Part shown: positions 52,762 through 64,000 of the stretch, in pieces
How the letters are laid out: each line of letters opens with the position of its first letter
Numbering within the stretch: the first letter of the stretch is position 1
Source of the DNA: Camelus dromedarius
Taxonomy: Eukaryota
Assembly (NCBI RefSeq): GCF_036321535.1
Contig: NC_087436.1
Coordinates: 46,936,001-47,000,000 of the forward strand
Direction of reading: 5' to 3'
Length of the DNA: 64,000 nt
The notes under the pieces: model-generated
Seen by the model: the letters and a program-made list of their open reading frames with translations, nothing else
Told to the model about the DNA's origin: nothing
The model's database searches: none
Made by a program: the position numbers and the translations under genes

Positions 52762-52956
52762 TTTTTTTAACCAAAACCTAATGATTTTATTTAAACTTCT
52801 TAATATAAGTCTTGTTTAAAATAACTAGGGGAAATTGTCAGTTGCTTCATAAGTGATAAGTAAATAGGAAAATACAAGTTTTTTTTAAAGCTGCTTAATT
52901 CAAGATTGTAAACTACGTCTAAATGTTCCCTTCGAAAATGAAATTCTTTTTTTTTT
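52762..52956 (-). pseudogene. Orphan polyadenylated retro-insert (truncated mRNA 3'UTR or L1 3' transduction), source unknown
   Basis: TTCACACTATCTTTT at 52747-52761 and 52957-52971; T11 at 52758-52768; minus-strand AATAAA (TTTATT at 52786-52791) 17 nt from the tail. Confidence 0.8.
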
Positions 52957-53829
52957 TTCACACTATCTTTTCTGAAGGGCCTCATGGGTGTTAATTCATG
53001 TACCGCACAGGAACAAAGCACAGAGTAATAGAAGATCCTCACTTCATAACTGCATCAGCATATTCCCACCCATAATAACAATAACTTTGCTTTCACTGAA
53101 CTTTCTTTTCTCTCCCCATCAAACAGGCCTCTCTTCTAAATATTTAAGCCTCTATTACTCCACTTTCCAAAACCAGACAGTTGCTTCAAGGGAGCACTTT
53201 GTTATCATTTTAGATGGCAAACTTCCCTTTCCTCTCTTCATCTGTTTTATTAGATGATGGGTATACCGGGATTACAGAAGAGTGATACTTGCTCGCAAAC
53301 CACACAAGTAAAGAAGCCCCACTACTTCATGGTTTCTCTTGGTGTTTATCCTTTTATTTATTCATACATTCTGTAAATAGTGAAAATCTAAATTGTGCCA
53401 GGCATTAACCTTCCAAGAAACAATACAGAAGGGTCTGTACTTCTACCATCTCCTTCATTCTGGTTCCCTCATGTCCATTCCCATGGCCACACCTTAGCTT
53501 TATCACCACCTGGACTTGGGTCATTTTGAACTCATAAGCACAAACCACATCCTGCTACCTATGCCCTCCTGCTATTCCTTTACCATTTTAAAATCTATTC
53601 TTTGATAACACTGACGCCTTTAGTTTTCCACCACTTAGAGATCTCCAGACATGCCTGGATTCAGATACCAGCTTACCTAGAGCCCACAGTTAGTCATTCC
53701 AACAGCACGCTACCCAGCACCCTTCCTCCTAGTCTCCCTTGTCCTTTCACTGCCTTCACCGTGACCAACCCCAGCTCAGCTCAACCTAACTGGACCCATA
53801 GAAAGATCAGTGGAATGACACAGCCCAGA

Positions 53830-54065
53830 CATGGTCCTCGCCTTTAGAACCAGTCTGTGGTTTGTATCTGCTTCTGCCAAATGCCAGCTGTGTGGCTTTA
53901 TTAAGTTATTAACCCCCATAAGCCTCAGTTTTTCCATCCATATGATGAAAATAATGATACCTACATTACAGGCTTTGTCACAAGGAATAGAGAATGGGCA
54001 TCTTAACCATATAGCATAGGTCCAGGCACATAGAAGGCATGAATAAATAGAAGCTAGCATTATTT
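53830..54065 (+). mobile_element. MIR SINE nested in L2-like sequence (about 53440-54430)
   Basis: cagctgtgtggctttattaagttattaacccccataagcctcagtttttccatc...aaaataatgatacctac. Confidence 0.8.
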
Positions 54066-55237
54066 TGTCTATTTCTAGTTCAGGTCTGCTAAGCCTCTCT
54101 GGAGAAAATTGCATATTCATGTTGCTGGTCTCCATTATAAATTTATGAGCTCCATCCTCAGTTGGGCCCTCAAGGGTTTCTCATCTACTCCATTTCCGTT
54201 CTCTAAAACAGCTGGTCCAAATCTTTCCTATTTTCCTTAAGGGTCCTACCAGCTTCCTGCCTTCCCTGCTCTCGGCAGGGGCCCTAAGCTCCTCCTTCAC
54301 TGAGAAAGCAGGTGCCTGTGAGCGAGTACAACTTCCGTGTCTGCCCCAACCTCCCCAATCAGCTCTACTGTCACACTGCCTCTCTCACTTCAGTCCTGTC
54401 TCAGGAAAAGAGGTATCCCTGCTCACCTGATCATTTACAGAGCAACCCAGGAAGTATTTATTGAATGCTGGTTGACTGACCACATGTGATACCCTGCGCT
54501 GGGTGCCAACCTGTCCTCAAACAGCTCTAGCCTCATGGAGGATTCAGATCAGTAAACCAACAACAGGATTCTTGCTATAATAAATGCAAAGACAGATACT
54601 AGCCAAGGCTGACCCTAGGATAGCTTCCCGTAGTGGCTGGTATCTGAGCTAAAAACTGAAAAAAGAAATAGTAGTAGCCAGGTTGGGGGGAAGGGAAGGG
54701 GATTTTCAGGCAAGGAAAGCAGGATGTGAAAATCATGGAAACATGGGCCCAGATTTCATCACAGATGTAAGAAACCTGGAGCAGCATAGCTGTTGGATGG
54801 AGCAGCTGGGCTAGAAACTCCATTTGTGGCACCAAGTGGATAGGAATGGAGAAGCCAGACAGACCCTCCTGTCTTGTTCCAAACCTAAGTATCTAGTATT
54901 ATAGAGGATGATCAGGAAAACCTCCAATTTGGGCAAGACATTTGAGCTGGAAATGGAATGGCTTTCCCTATATATGACTCAAATGAAACAAATAGATTGT
55001 GACCACAGTACTCAAGAAAGGTGGCCATTTTCTGTCTGCATTGAAGGGAACTGTAGTTAGAACCATTTTGGTTTTAAAATCCCATTTGCTTCCTTTTTTG
55101 TTATGTGTCCCTCCATAAACAGATTAGAGAGAAATTTGTCTTTTTGTGTCCCAAGTAAAGCAAAGGGAAGTTAATTATAAGTAGCTTTCAAAATGTGGGC
55201 CCACAGCTACTTCTTTGAAAAGCACTTTAAAAGATTG

Positions 55238-55760
55238 GAAACTTCTAGAAGAAAACAGGTGATAAGTTCCTTGACACTTGTCTTGGTAATGATTTTTTTT
55301 TTTTTTTTTTTTTGGATTTGACACCAAAAGCAAAGGCAACAAAAGAAAAAAAATTTTAAAAGTGAGACTACATCAAACTAAAAAGCTTTTGCACAGCAAA
55401 TCGGGTATCTGATAAGGGGTAAAATCCAAAATATATAAAGAACTTATACAACTCAAAAGCAAGAAAAAAAATTCCAAACAGAACAGATTGGTGGTTGCAA
55501 GAGGAGGAGGTGGGTGGACAGGGTGTTTATGGGTAAAAGGGGTTAAAAAGTACAAATGTCCAGCTATAAAATAAATAACTGATGGGGATGTAATGCACAG
55601 CACTGTGACTATAGTTAATAATACTATACTGTATATTTGAAAGTTGCTTTGAGAGTAGATCTTAAGTTTTCATCACAAGAAAAAATTTCTTGTAACAGTG
55701 GATGATGATGGATATTAACTAGACTTATTGTGGTAATTATTTAACAATATACACAAACAT
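55238..55760 (+). mobile_element. LINE-1 (L1MA9-like) fragment with internal deletions
   Basis: aacttctagaagaaaaca...tgacaccaaaagcaaaggcaacaaaag...gtgactatagttaataatactatactgtatatttgaaagttgct. Confidence 0.85.
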
Positions 55761-56212
55761 GAGGCAAAAATAGAGACCTTTTACTATTTATAAGAAAGAC
55801 ATTCTGGACAAGCTTCAGTGACCCTGCTATGGGCCATGTCAACCCTCGGCCATCCACCCCCAATGCTGAGAGACCAGTGCCCACTCTGAGATCAGGGATT
55901 TTCCCCAGATAGCTGCAGATTCTTATCTTCAGGCACAGGGGTCAATACAGCACGGGTTGTGTCTGAATGTTGTTTGGATATTACTTTTGAAAAGAACAGA
56001 GGATATGAAATCATTGGGCTGGTTTCTTCCCTTTATGCATGGAATTCTGTTTCGTTGCACTTAAAAGAACCGAGTTCATTCATTTATGGCTTTAATAGAA
56101 TCTATATTCCAATATAGACACTATTTTTTTGAGATAAAAACAAGTTTATTTTAAGCAGAATACCACATGTCATAGATCAGGCTAATGATGAGTTTAGCAT
56201 CAATAGTGATAT

Positions 56213-56955
56213 TGTGATATATAATAAGAAATATACATTAGGGCTTCATCTCCATTTCTGGCACAGAGCTTCTAAAACCTTGGAATTTCCTAAGGGACAG
56301 GGCAAGAAAAGTGTCTTTGGCTATGTTAATGAGGTGACTTTTGGACTGCACCTAAGGATGGGTGCTGATTGCCAAGAGAACCAACCAAGTAATTAGAAGG
56401 TTGGAACTTTCAGTCCCACCTACCTACCTCTGGGGAGGTGAAAGGGGCTAGAGGTTGGATCAGTCACCCATGACCATTGATTTACTCAATCATGACTATG
56501 TAATGAAGCCTCCATAAAAACCCAAAGGACAAGAGCTTCTGAGTTGTTGAACAGGTGGAGATTCAGGACGAGTGACATGCTCAGAGAGAGTGCCAAGCTC
56601 CACACCCCTTCCCCATAACTTGCCGTTTGTCTCTTCTGTCTGACTGTTCCTGAGTTACGTATATCCTGTTTAATAAACCAGTAATCTAGTAAGTAATATG
56701 TTTATCTGAGTTCTGTGAGCCACTCTAGCAAATTAATCAAACCCAAGGAGGGGATGGTGGGAACCTCTGACTTGTAGCCAGTCGGTCAGAAGCATAGGTA
56801 GCAACCTGGACTTGTGACTGGCACCTGAAGTGCAGGGCAGTCTTTTGGAACTGAGCCCTTAACCTGTGGAATCAGATGCTATCTCCAGGCAGATAGTGTC
56901 AGAATGGAGCTGAACTGTAGGACACCCCGTCAGTATCTAAGAATTGCTTGGATGT
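56213..56955 (+). mobile_element. MER21-type LTR
   Basis: tgtgatatataataagaaatata...ctggcacagagcttctaaaaccttggaatttcct...gggttggaactttcagtccca...ctgagttctgtgagccactctagcaaattaatcaaacccaaggagggg. Confidence 0.88.
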
Positions 56956-57329
56956 GTATTCTTCAGTCTTCAAGCACTTGGATTTGTGCACTTTGTGCTG
57001 TTGACAACCTCCTTTGTTTAACTTCCATACTTCTTCAGGGTTTAGCATTATTGTTACTTTGAATTACCTAAAGGGGGTATACTGATCTTTTCTGTGCTGA
57101 GGGCCTCTCAAGAAAGAAATTGTACCTGATATTTATCTTTATGTCCCCAGCACTAAGTGCATAGTAGGCCCCTAGTGATGGTTTATGGGTGGATGGATAG
57201 AGAAATGGTTGGAATGTAGGTTTGGGTCTGGCTTCCTACCCTTAAATGTTCATGACTCACATGTTCCATTCTTGAATTTTTCTCTCTTTATTCTAGCTTA
57301 CCTTGAGCAATCTCATTCAATTCCATGGT

Positions 57330-59100
57330 TTGAACCCAACTTCAGAGATAAGTATTGTTACCAGTTTCTGGGGACTTTCTATACTTTTCACAATGTACAG
57401 ACAAATAAAAAATGTTCATACTATATATACTGGTATAAAATTTGCTTTTTTTTCCCATTAATATGTCATGGAAATTATTCCATATCAATGCATGCTTCTT
57501 AACAGCTGCATAGTACTCCACTGTATGGAAGTGCTAAAATTTAATTTCTGCTGATGAACATACAGGTTATTTCTAATTTTTCTTTACTACAAATAATGCC
57601 ACACTGAATATCTTTATAAATATATCTTTGTGCATGTATGTGAATATTTCTGTAAGATAAATTCTTACAAATTAGCCCATTTAAAATTTTTCATAAATAC
57701 TGACAAATTGTTCTCCAAAAATAAATATTTTATCAATCCACATTTCCTCCAAGAGTTGCTTAAGAGGACTGATTTCCTCCTACCCTTACAAACACTAAAT
57801 ATTGTAACTTTAAAAATCTTTGCCAATTGGATTTGTGAACAATGTCACTATGGCTTTAATCTGCATTTCACTGAATATAAAGAGGTCAAGGACCTTTCAA
57901 TATGTTTAATGGACATTTGTATGTATTCTTTTAGGAACTACTTATTAGTATACTTGGCTTGTTCTTTTTTTGGAGTGTTGATATTTTTCTAATTAATTTG
58001 TAAGAACTTTTGTAAAATTTGTTTTGCCATATTAGTTGCAAATAGTTTTTAATTCAATGAAGCATTTTTCAATGCAAAAGGTTATATGTTCTTGGTGAAT
58101 TTTATCTTTTATTAATATTATAACAGTCCCCTCTATACACAGTGTATTTTGTCTTAAATTCTTCTTTTCTCTTATAAATATCTCTATTCCTAATTTTCCT
58201 TTGCTTGCATTTATTTGATATATATTTTCAAGTCTCTTTTTAAAAGTAATTCTTTGTCTTTTACTTTTAAGTATGTCTCTTATAAATAGGAAATAATGGT
58301 CTTGGTTTTTTACTCAATTGGAAAGACTTTGCTTGTTAGTATGTGTGTTCTTGAGTGATATGAGGAATAAGAATTAACTCATTTACATTTGTTCTAACCT
58401 GTGATATATACTAATGACTGATTTAGTCTTAGTCCTGCCATCTTAATCTGTACTTCAGCTTATTATCCTTGTCTTTTGCTTCATTTCTTCTTTATTAGCT
58501 TTTGCCTATTTCACACTAACAAATGTAAGTGAACTTATATTTCCCTATCAAAGTTAAGAAATATTCAGAATCTTTAACCTCTCTCTTCTCAAGCATCACA
58601 ATCAGATCTTCTGCAAGATTTTAATTCCTCTCCTCGCATTTAGGCTTCATTGAAGTAAACTGAAATTTTAGTTACAGAATGATGTTTTTGTTATCATTTT
58701 TCTCTTCTGGAATAAAAATCTTCAAAATATGTATTAAAGTTTACAACTACATTATTGGTTAGTTGTTACAAATTTTATACTTACTCTATCTTGTATACCT
58801 TGGCATCCTTTATTGATCTCTTTATTCTGATTTATTTTTCATTTGGCTGGAGTATTTACCTCAATAACTTTTTAATGAAAGATATGTAGGCAGCACATTT
58901 TTTCTGTCTTTTCACATCTTCACAATTGAACGATATCTTGGCTGTGTGGGGAATTCTGGGGCCATGGTCCTTTTTCCTTTAGAACCCATCATTTCTTAGC
59001 ATGTAGTATTTGCTTATGAAAATCAGATTCCAATCTGATTATCTTTCTTGGTAAGTAATTTGTTTTTTCTGCCTAGAAGTTTGAATTGAAAATTTTCAAA
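57330..59100 (-). mobile_element. Old LINE-1 (L1ME-like) antisense tract
   Basis: taacagctgcatagtactccactgtatgga, actacaaataatgc, aatctttgccaatt, taagtatgtctcttataaatag. Confidence 0.7.
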
Positions 59101-60384
59101 GGACATGAAGTAAAAAATTACTCAAAAAGAAAACATTAATGTCTGTTCTAATGATTTAATGACTTCATAAAAGTGATTGAAGAATAATTTATATTCTACT
59201 AGAAAAATGTTTAATTTTTACCAAAAGCATAATAATTAGTTTTTAACTTAGTAGGAAAAGAGTAAATGTGATTAATCTCTATAATTAAAAAAATTAGGCT
59301 ATGCAGAATGAGTTATTTTCTAACGGCAATGGTTTGGGGGAAAGTTTATAAAATTAAGTACAGTAAAGTAAGTTCTCAAGAGTCCAGGAGGGTCCCTGGA
59401 ATTGGGAGGGAGTTCCAAGTTCAATCACATAACATACAGCAATGGAAGAATGTGTTTCAGGCATTTTACCTACACTAATTTCTTCTGGACTGGTTCTCAG
59501 AGAAGTCACTTACTTAAGACCCCAACACTGTAAATAAGTGATAGAACTAGAATTTGAACCCGACTCTATGCCTCCAGCACACATCCCCTTTGTAGGACAC
59601 CGTATTATCAGGAGTGTCTATGTGTTCAAGACACTAGGCCAGGAGCTGTGAGGAGGCAAAGGTGAACGCCCTTAACTTCAGGTTGTTGGCGAGGGAGACC
59701 CTTTTTAATGTGCTTAGCTTAAAAAAAAGAAAAGAAAACTAGCTTTTCTCTTCTTGTGAGTAAAAAGTAGACCATGAACCTGTGATTCAGAAGAAAAATG
59801 TCCTTATCCAGGTGCAGTTTTATACATTAGCATTTAGGGCAAATTGCCCAGAAATGCAATACTAATTTACCCTTAGGATCACAGCCCACAGTTACTGTTG
59901 GAATTTTTGGCAAGTAGATTTCCCTGAGGGGAATAGTCAAATTAAGAAGTCTTCTTAAGGAAAAGGTGTGAGAGTTTTAGGCAACAGTTCAAAGCTTGGT
60001 GTTCAAAGGTGGGGAGGGGTACCCAGCCCAGCAGTGCTCCAGCGGGGAAATGAGGTGAGAGATTGGCTGCTTCACCACCCCTAAGCCCCTGCTTAATGGA
60101 TCAGGGGTAGATCTGATGTGCAGTGGTGACAATCTTTACTTTGCACTCAAAATAAGAGTAGACCACATTTTAACTTCTGACTCCAAAGTTATTACAGCAG
60201 CTTTGGGAGGTGAACATTCCCAGGGTCAAATTTGAACTCTTTGCAAGTATGAAATACCAGTGTGGGTTTAGCAGTCTGGATAAGCACTTCCCACAGCCCT
60301 ACCACTCTCTCAGAGCAGAACCCAAATTGATGAGTTGTTCCTATTCAACTGAGAGTCCCTTTAGATTAACCAGAAAAATAAAAG

Positions 60385-60620
60385 TAACAGCAATAGCTAC
60401 CTTAATTGATCATTTACTATGGAAATTGACTCCTCTAAGGGTTTTGTCATTCATTTTAATCATCACAACAGTTCTTTGAGCTTGTATACCTATTGTATAG
60501 ATGTGAAAACTAAGGTCCAGTGAGATTAAGTGATTTGCCAAAGATTATACAGTAGTAAGTGGAGATCCAAGATCTGAAGCCACGCAGACTGCCCCCTGAG
60601 CATGCATTATTGACCACTGC
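60385..60620 (-). mobile_element. MIR SINE
   Basis: cattttaatcatcacaaca...tatagatgtgaaaactaaggtccagtgagattaagtgatttgcca. Confidence 0.75.
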
Positions 60621-62119
60621 CATTGACAAGGTTCCACGTGGTCACATGTGACTTTTAACAAAAATTTTCTTTATCACTTGGATTAATCTTGCTTGAGCTT
60701 AGTGTGAGTTTGGTTGAGGAAACTGACTTGCTTTAGGACTAACTCCTACAAAGTTAAGTAGTATCTTTTGCAGACTCCAAAGGGATCTAGAAGAAATCAA
60801 GGAAATTTAAACATCAAGATGGGATGAAGCGGAAATCAGTGGGAGGACAATATTAGGGGGAAGCTACCACTGAATGGGCAGCTAAGTGCTCACTCCAAAA
60901 AGGGTTGTAGCAACAAGATTAAGCCATGCCCCACTACCTCGTAAGCCAAAGGTATGAAATCTGCTCACTGTTCTGATCAGAACTGATTTAAGAGTTGGGT
61001 AAGGCTGCAAATGGAAGGCATTATGGGCAAGGGGCTGAGAAGGCTGAGACTGGAAACTAGAATAAACATAAAAGGAACAAATTTCAGGTCCATGCTCAAC
61101 TGCAACCTGGGAAAACATCTACTTATCATTTAACAATTTGAATTAATTTTCTACTGTCAAGATACCTGACCTACCTTAGTGTCCCCTTCTTTTACACACT
61201 GCATTAAAAAAAAAATGTTCAATACAAGTTTGTTGATTGACAACAAGTGTAAGACAGAAGGATTGTCCTTCATGTTCTTCCTGTCTCCCAGTGATCCTCT
61301 CAGAGAATCGCTTCCTCCATTTTGCCCGTAAGCACCTCCCCGGCATAGGCAGGAAGCCTGCAGGAGCTGCCTAAATATGCTCTAGCTGGCCAGGTGAGCT
61401 TGGCCCTGAGATACAGGGTGTGGCAAACCAAGGAATCAGCGGTCCTGCCTGAGACAGCCAATCTGGCTTTTTTCAGACCCACAAAGGACTAAAATTCCTC
61501 TTTAGCAAAGTGGAACTGACCAGGAACCTAGAGGTAAGTACCTCAGGATGGACTTTCCCAGCTGGCTTTTTAACTTTATATGGCAGCAAGAGACCTGATT
61601 TTTTTTTTAGCTATTGCATCTTCCCACATCCAAGGTTTTCCATCAAGGATGTCTCTGGCTGTCGGGGAAAATACTGGCAGCAGGAAGGGGATAATGGCCA
61701 CCTTTTATTTCCATCAACTTCAGAGGCATTGCCTTTTGCCAGACTGCCTGCCCCACATGAAAGGATTCTCTTTCTTCTTGTTTTGATCCAGTTATCTGGC
61801 AAGATGGATGTAATTTTTCTTAGCACTTCCCTTCCTCCGGCCAAGGCACAAACTATTTGTTTGGACGCATGGTCTCATTTCTGTCATCCTTTAACCTCAA
61901 GGAGACTTGTGTAATAGGGTTGATGGCAGGTCTGTTGGGGTTCCACCTGGAATAGTTAAGGAATCAGGGGGTCACTTCCTCACGGGACATGTCTAGAAAA
62001 AGACATAAGCCCCATGAGATGAGGGTCTGTGTGGGTCTTACACAGCCCTGTATCTCCCACACACTAATCACAATGCCTAGTATATAATGGGTACTCTGAG
62101 GGGTAACACTATAGATTAT

Positions 62120-62425
62120 AACATCTTTTCCCAAAGTTTTTCATGGGACACCAGACTCAAAAGGTGCTCAGCAAAAAAACTGATTTTGTGATCAGGTTAG
62201 CTTGATTAAATACTGCACAGTAGGGCCCCTTTCAAGAGTTGCCATTCGAATTAATCTACTAAAGAGGCTTTTCAGTTTTCCTATAAAGAAATACATTTAA
62301 CTTTAAACCAGAATTTCTTAAACTTTTTTCTGACTATGGAATCTTCATCTTGTACCTATTACTTACTACCCCATAGAACTAGTACTCCTCTGCACTCATC
62401 CTGGAATCACATTTGGAAACACAGT
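62120..62425. mobile_element. hAT-Charlie-like relic
   Basis: tttcccaaagtttttcatgggacacc...accagaatttcttaaactttttt...ggaatcacatttggaaacac; subfamily uncertain. Confidence 0.4.
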
Positions 62426-62730
62426 TTTATCATGATTCACCCTCTACTGCTTCCAATAGTCCTACGAGTGGGTACTGTACTTTCCTCTGAAATCATTAAT
62501 TACATGAGCTTGGTGAACTGAAAGTTCCAAATCATCCTGCATGAAAATAGGGATAGCAAGCTCCCTTCTGGCTTCCTACGAGGAGAGGTCAGCCCTCTCC
62601 CCTCTCAGAAGGACAGGAGTTGGCCCAGCCCTACATCAGCTCAGCCACCTTGCGCACTGCCTGGTGTGGAGCTCAGGAACGGCTACCCGGTGGGACACAA
62701 GTCGGACTGCATCCGTGGACGCTGGCTTCC

Positions 62731-63030
62731 TGTGACTGCCTGGGATGTGTCAACGAGGCTAATATTCCCACTTACTAAACACTAGTCTGGGTGTTGCTGG
62801 GAGGGTATTTTGTTTATGTGGTTAACATCTACAGTCAGTTGACTTTAAGTAAAAGAGGTGATCCTCAATTATCTGGGTGGGCCTCTTCCAATAAACTGAA
62901 AAACAATAAAAGCAATATTGAAGTTTTTCCTGAGGAAGAAGAAATCCCATCTGTGGCCAGCAGCCTGGGCTCCTGCCTGAGAGTCTCCAGTGTCCTGCTG
63001 GTTCTGGTTCTCTGACTGAAGGCTGACTGA
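62731..63030 (+). mobile_element. MLT2D-like ERVL LTR, internally deleted
   Basis: aaacactagtctgggtgttgct...gtggttaacatctacagtcagttgactttaagtaaaagag...tttcctgaggaagaagaaat. Confidence 0.85.
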
Positions 63031-63819
63031 TACACTGTCCATTGCAGCTTGATGAACATCCCCCATCAGTGTCCCTGTCAGGCTGGGCATGATTTTGCTG
63101 AAGCATTTTCAAGCAGAGGTAGGGAGCCAGCAGAGATGGACACTGCATCCTCCCCTCAGGCTGTATAAAGGGTCTGCCTCAAAGCTCTGGGGAAGTGTCA
63201 GAATCGGCACAGACAAGAAGGCTGGAAGGAGAGACAGGAGGCCCTTGTCCCTCTGCCCTGGGGAGCACATGCTCCCTAAGGCAGTTTGTGTCTCCCCCAG
63301 GGCTGCTGCCCAGCAGTCGGGCTGCGGGTGAATTGCTCAGCACTGATACATTTCCATGCCTAGGCACAACCAGGTGAATTAATTTCTGGAAAAGAATGAC
63401 TGCCTTCAATTTAATTAAATTTTCACAGTTTAATAGTATCTCAGGGCATCTACTTTGCATTTAAGATGAAGATCACAGATATGTATATATTATGGAAATA
63501 GACTGCAGTTCTCATTCTAATAGGGAATGTGAAAGCCCAGCCCGTTCACCAGCACTGGCATTTGAGGGGGATGGAACACGTCTGTGCACTCATGTCGATG
63601 TTCTTTGGCTGAGTGTAAGGACGATTTTAATTTTCATAACATACATTCAAAACCTGAAAATGTGCATACTCAGTGAGTGCAGGACCAAGAATTTATCCTG
63701 AGGATATGTGTGAAGTTATGAGATTTCATCTCAATTGTGAAAAATTAGAAGCCATTTAAATGTCCAACAGTAAGAGGTTAGTAAGCTATGGTACACTGAT
63801 ATACAACAGAATAAAATGA

Positions 63820-64000
63820 AAATAGTTACCAATCATTGAATGGTCTGCCAAGCACTGTTCTATAAGAGTTTCCTATGTATAGTCTTACTCCTCACAACAA
63901 ACCTACAAGGCAGGTTCTATATGCCTCTTTTCACAGATGAGCAAACTAAGGCACAGAGTGGAAGAGCAAACCACATGAGGTCACACAGCTAGTGGGTGGA
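63820..64000 (-). mobile_element. MIR SINE
   Basis: ctcctcacaacaaacctacaaggcagg...ttttcacagatgagcaaactaaggcacagag...aggtcacacagctagt. Confidence 0.85.

Noticed and set aside
55895..55904. NF-kB consensus site GGGATTTTCC
   Set aside because: A single degenerate 10-mer is expected by chance in 64 kb.
56124..56150. Minus-strand AATAAA followed by A7, a possible second retrocopy end
   Set aside because: I found no matching TSD on the far side, including beyond the MER21 LTR, and the tail is short.

Overview
AT-rich, repeat-dense mammalian nuclear DNA that reads as a long intron or intergenic interval. It is most likely camelid, because it carries a tRNA-Ala-derived vic-1-type SINE and I saw no BovB/Bov-tA, PRE1 or Alu elements. 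I could not recognise a functional host protein-coding exon. The only ORFs with recognisable homology are a processed COX6C pseudogene (24.7-25.1 kb) and LINE-1 ORF2 C-terminal fragments. Much of the window is transposon debris: young 5'-truncated L1s with target-site duplications (TSDs), old L1M/L2/CR1/MIR relics, MER5, MER63 and MER94 hAT elements, and MLT, LTR16 and MER21 LTRs. Repeat family names come from recalled consensus similarity, and boundaries are approximate unless a TSD is given. I found no convincing new biological system. The most notable observations are: (1) a ~195 bp orphan polyadenylated insert flanked by a perfect 15 bp TSD at 52.7-53.0 kb; (2) a ~93 bp CpG-dense patch that looks like a GC-converted L2 relic at 22.7 kb; (3) the still-open COX6C retrocopy frame with its stop codon deleted; (4) a recent 71 bp tandem duplication; (5) a speculative two-exon small ORF on the minus strand.
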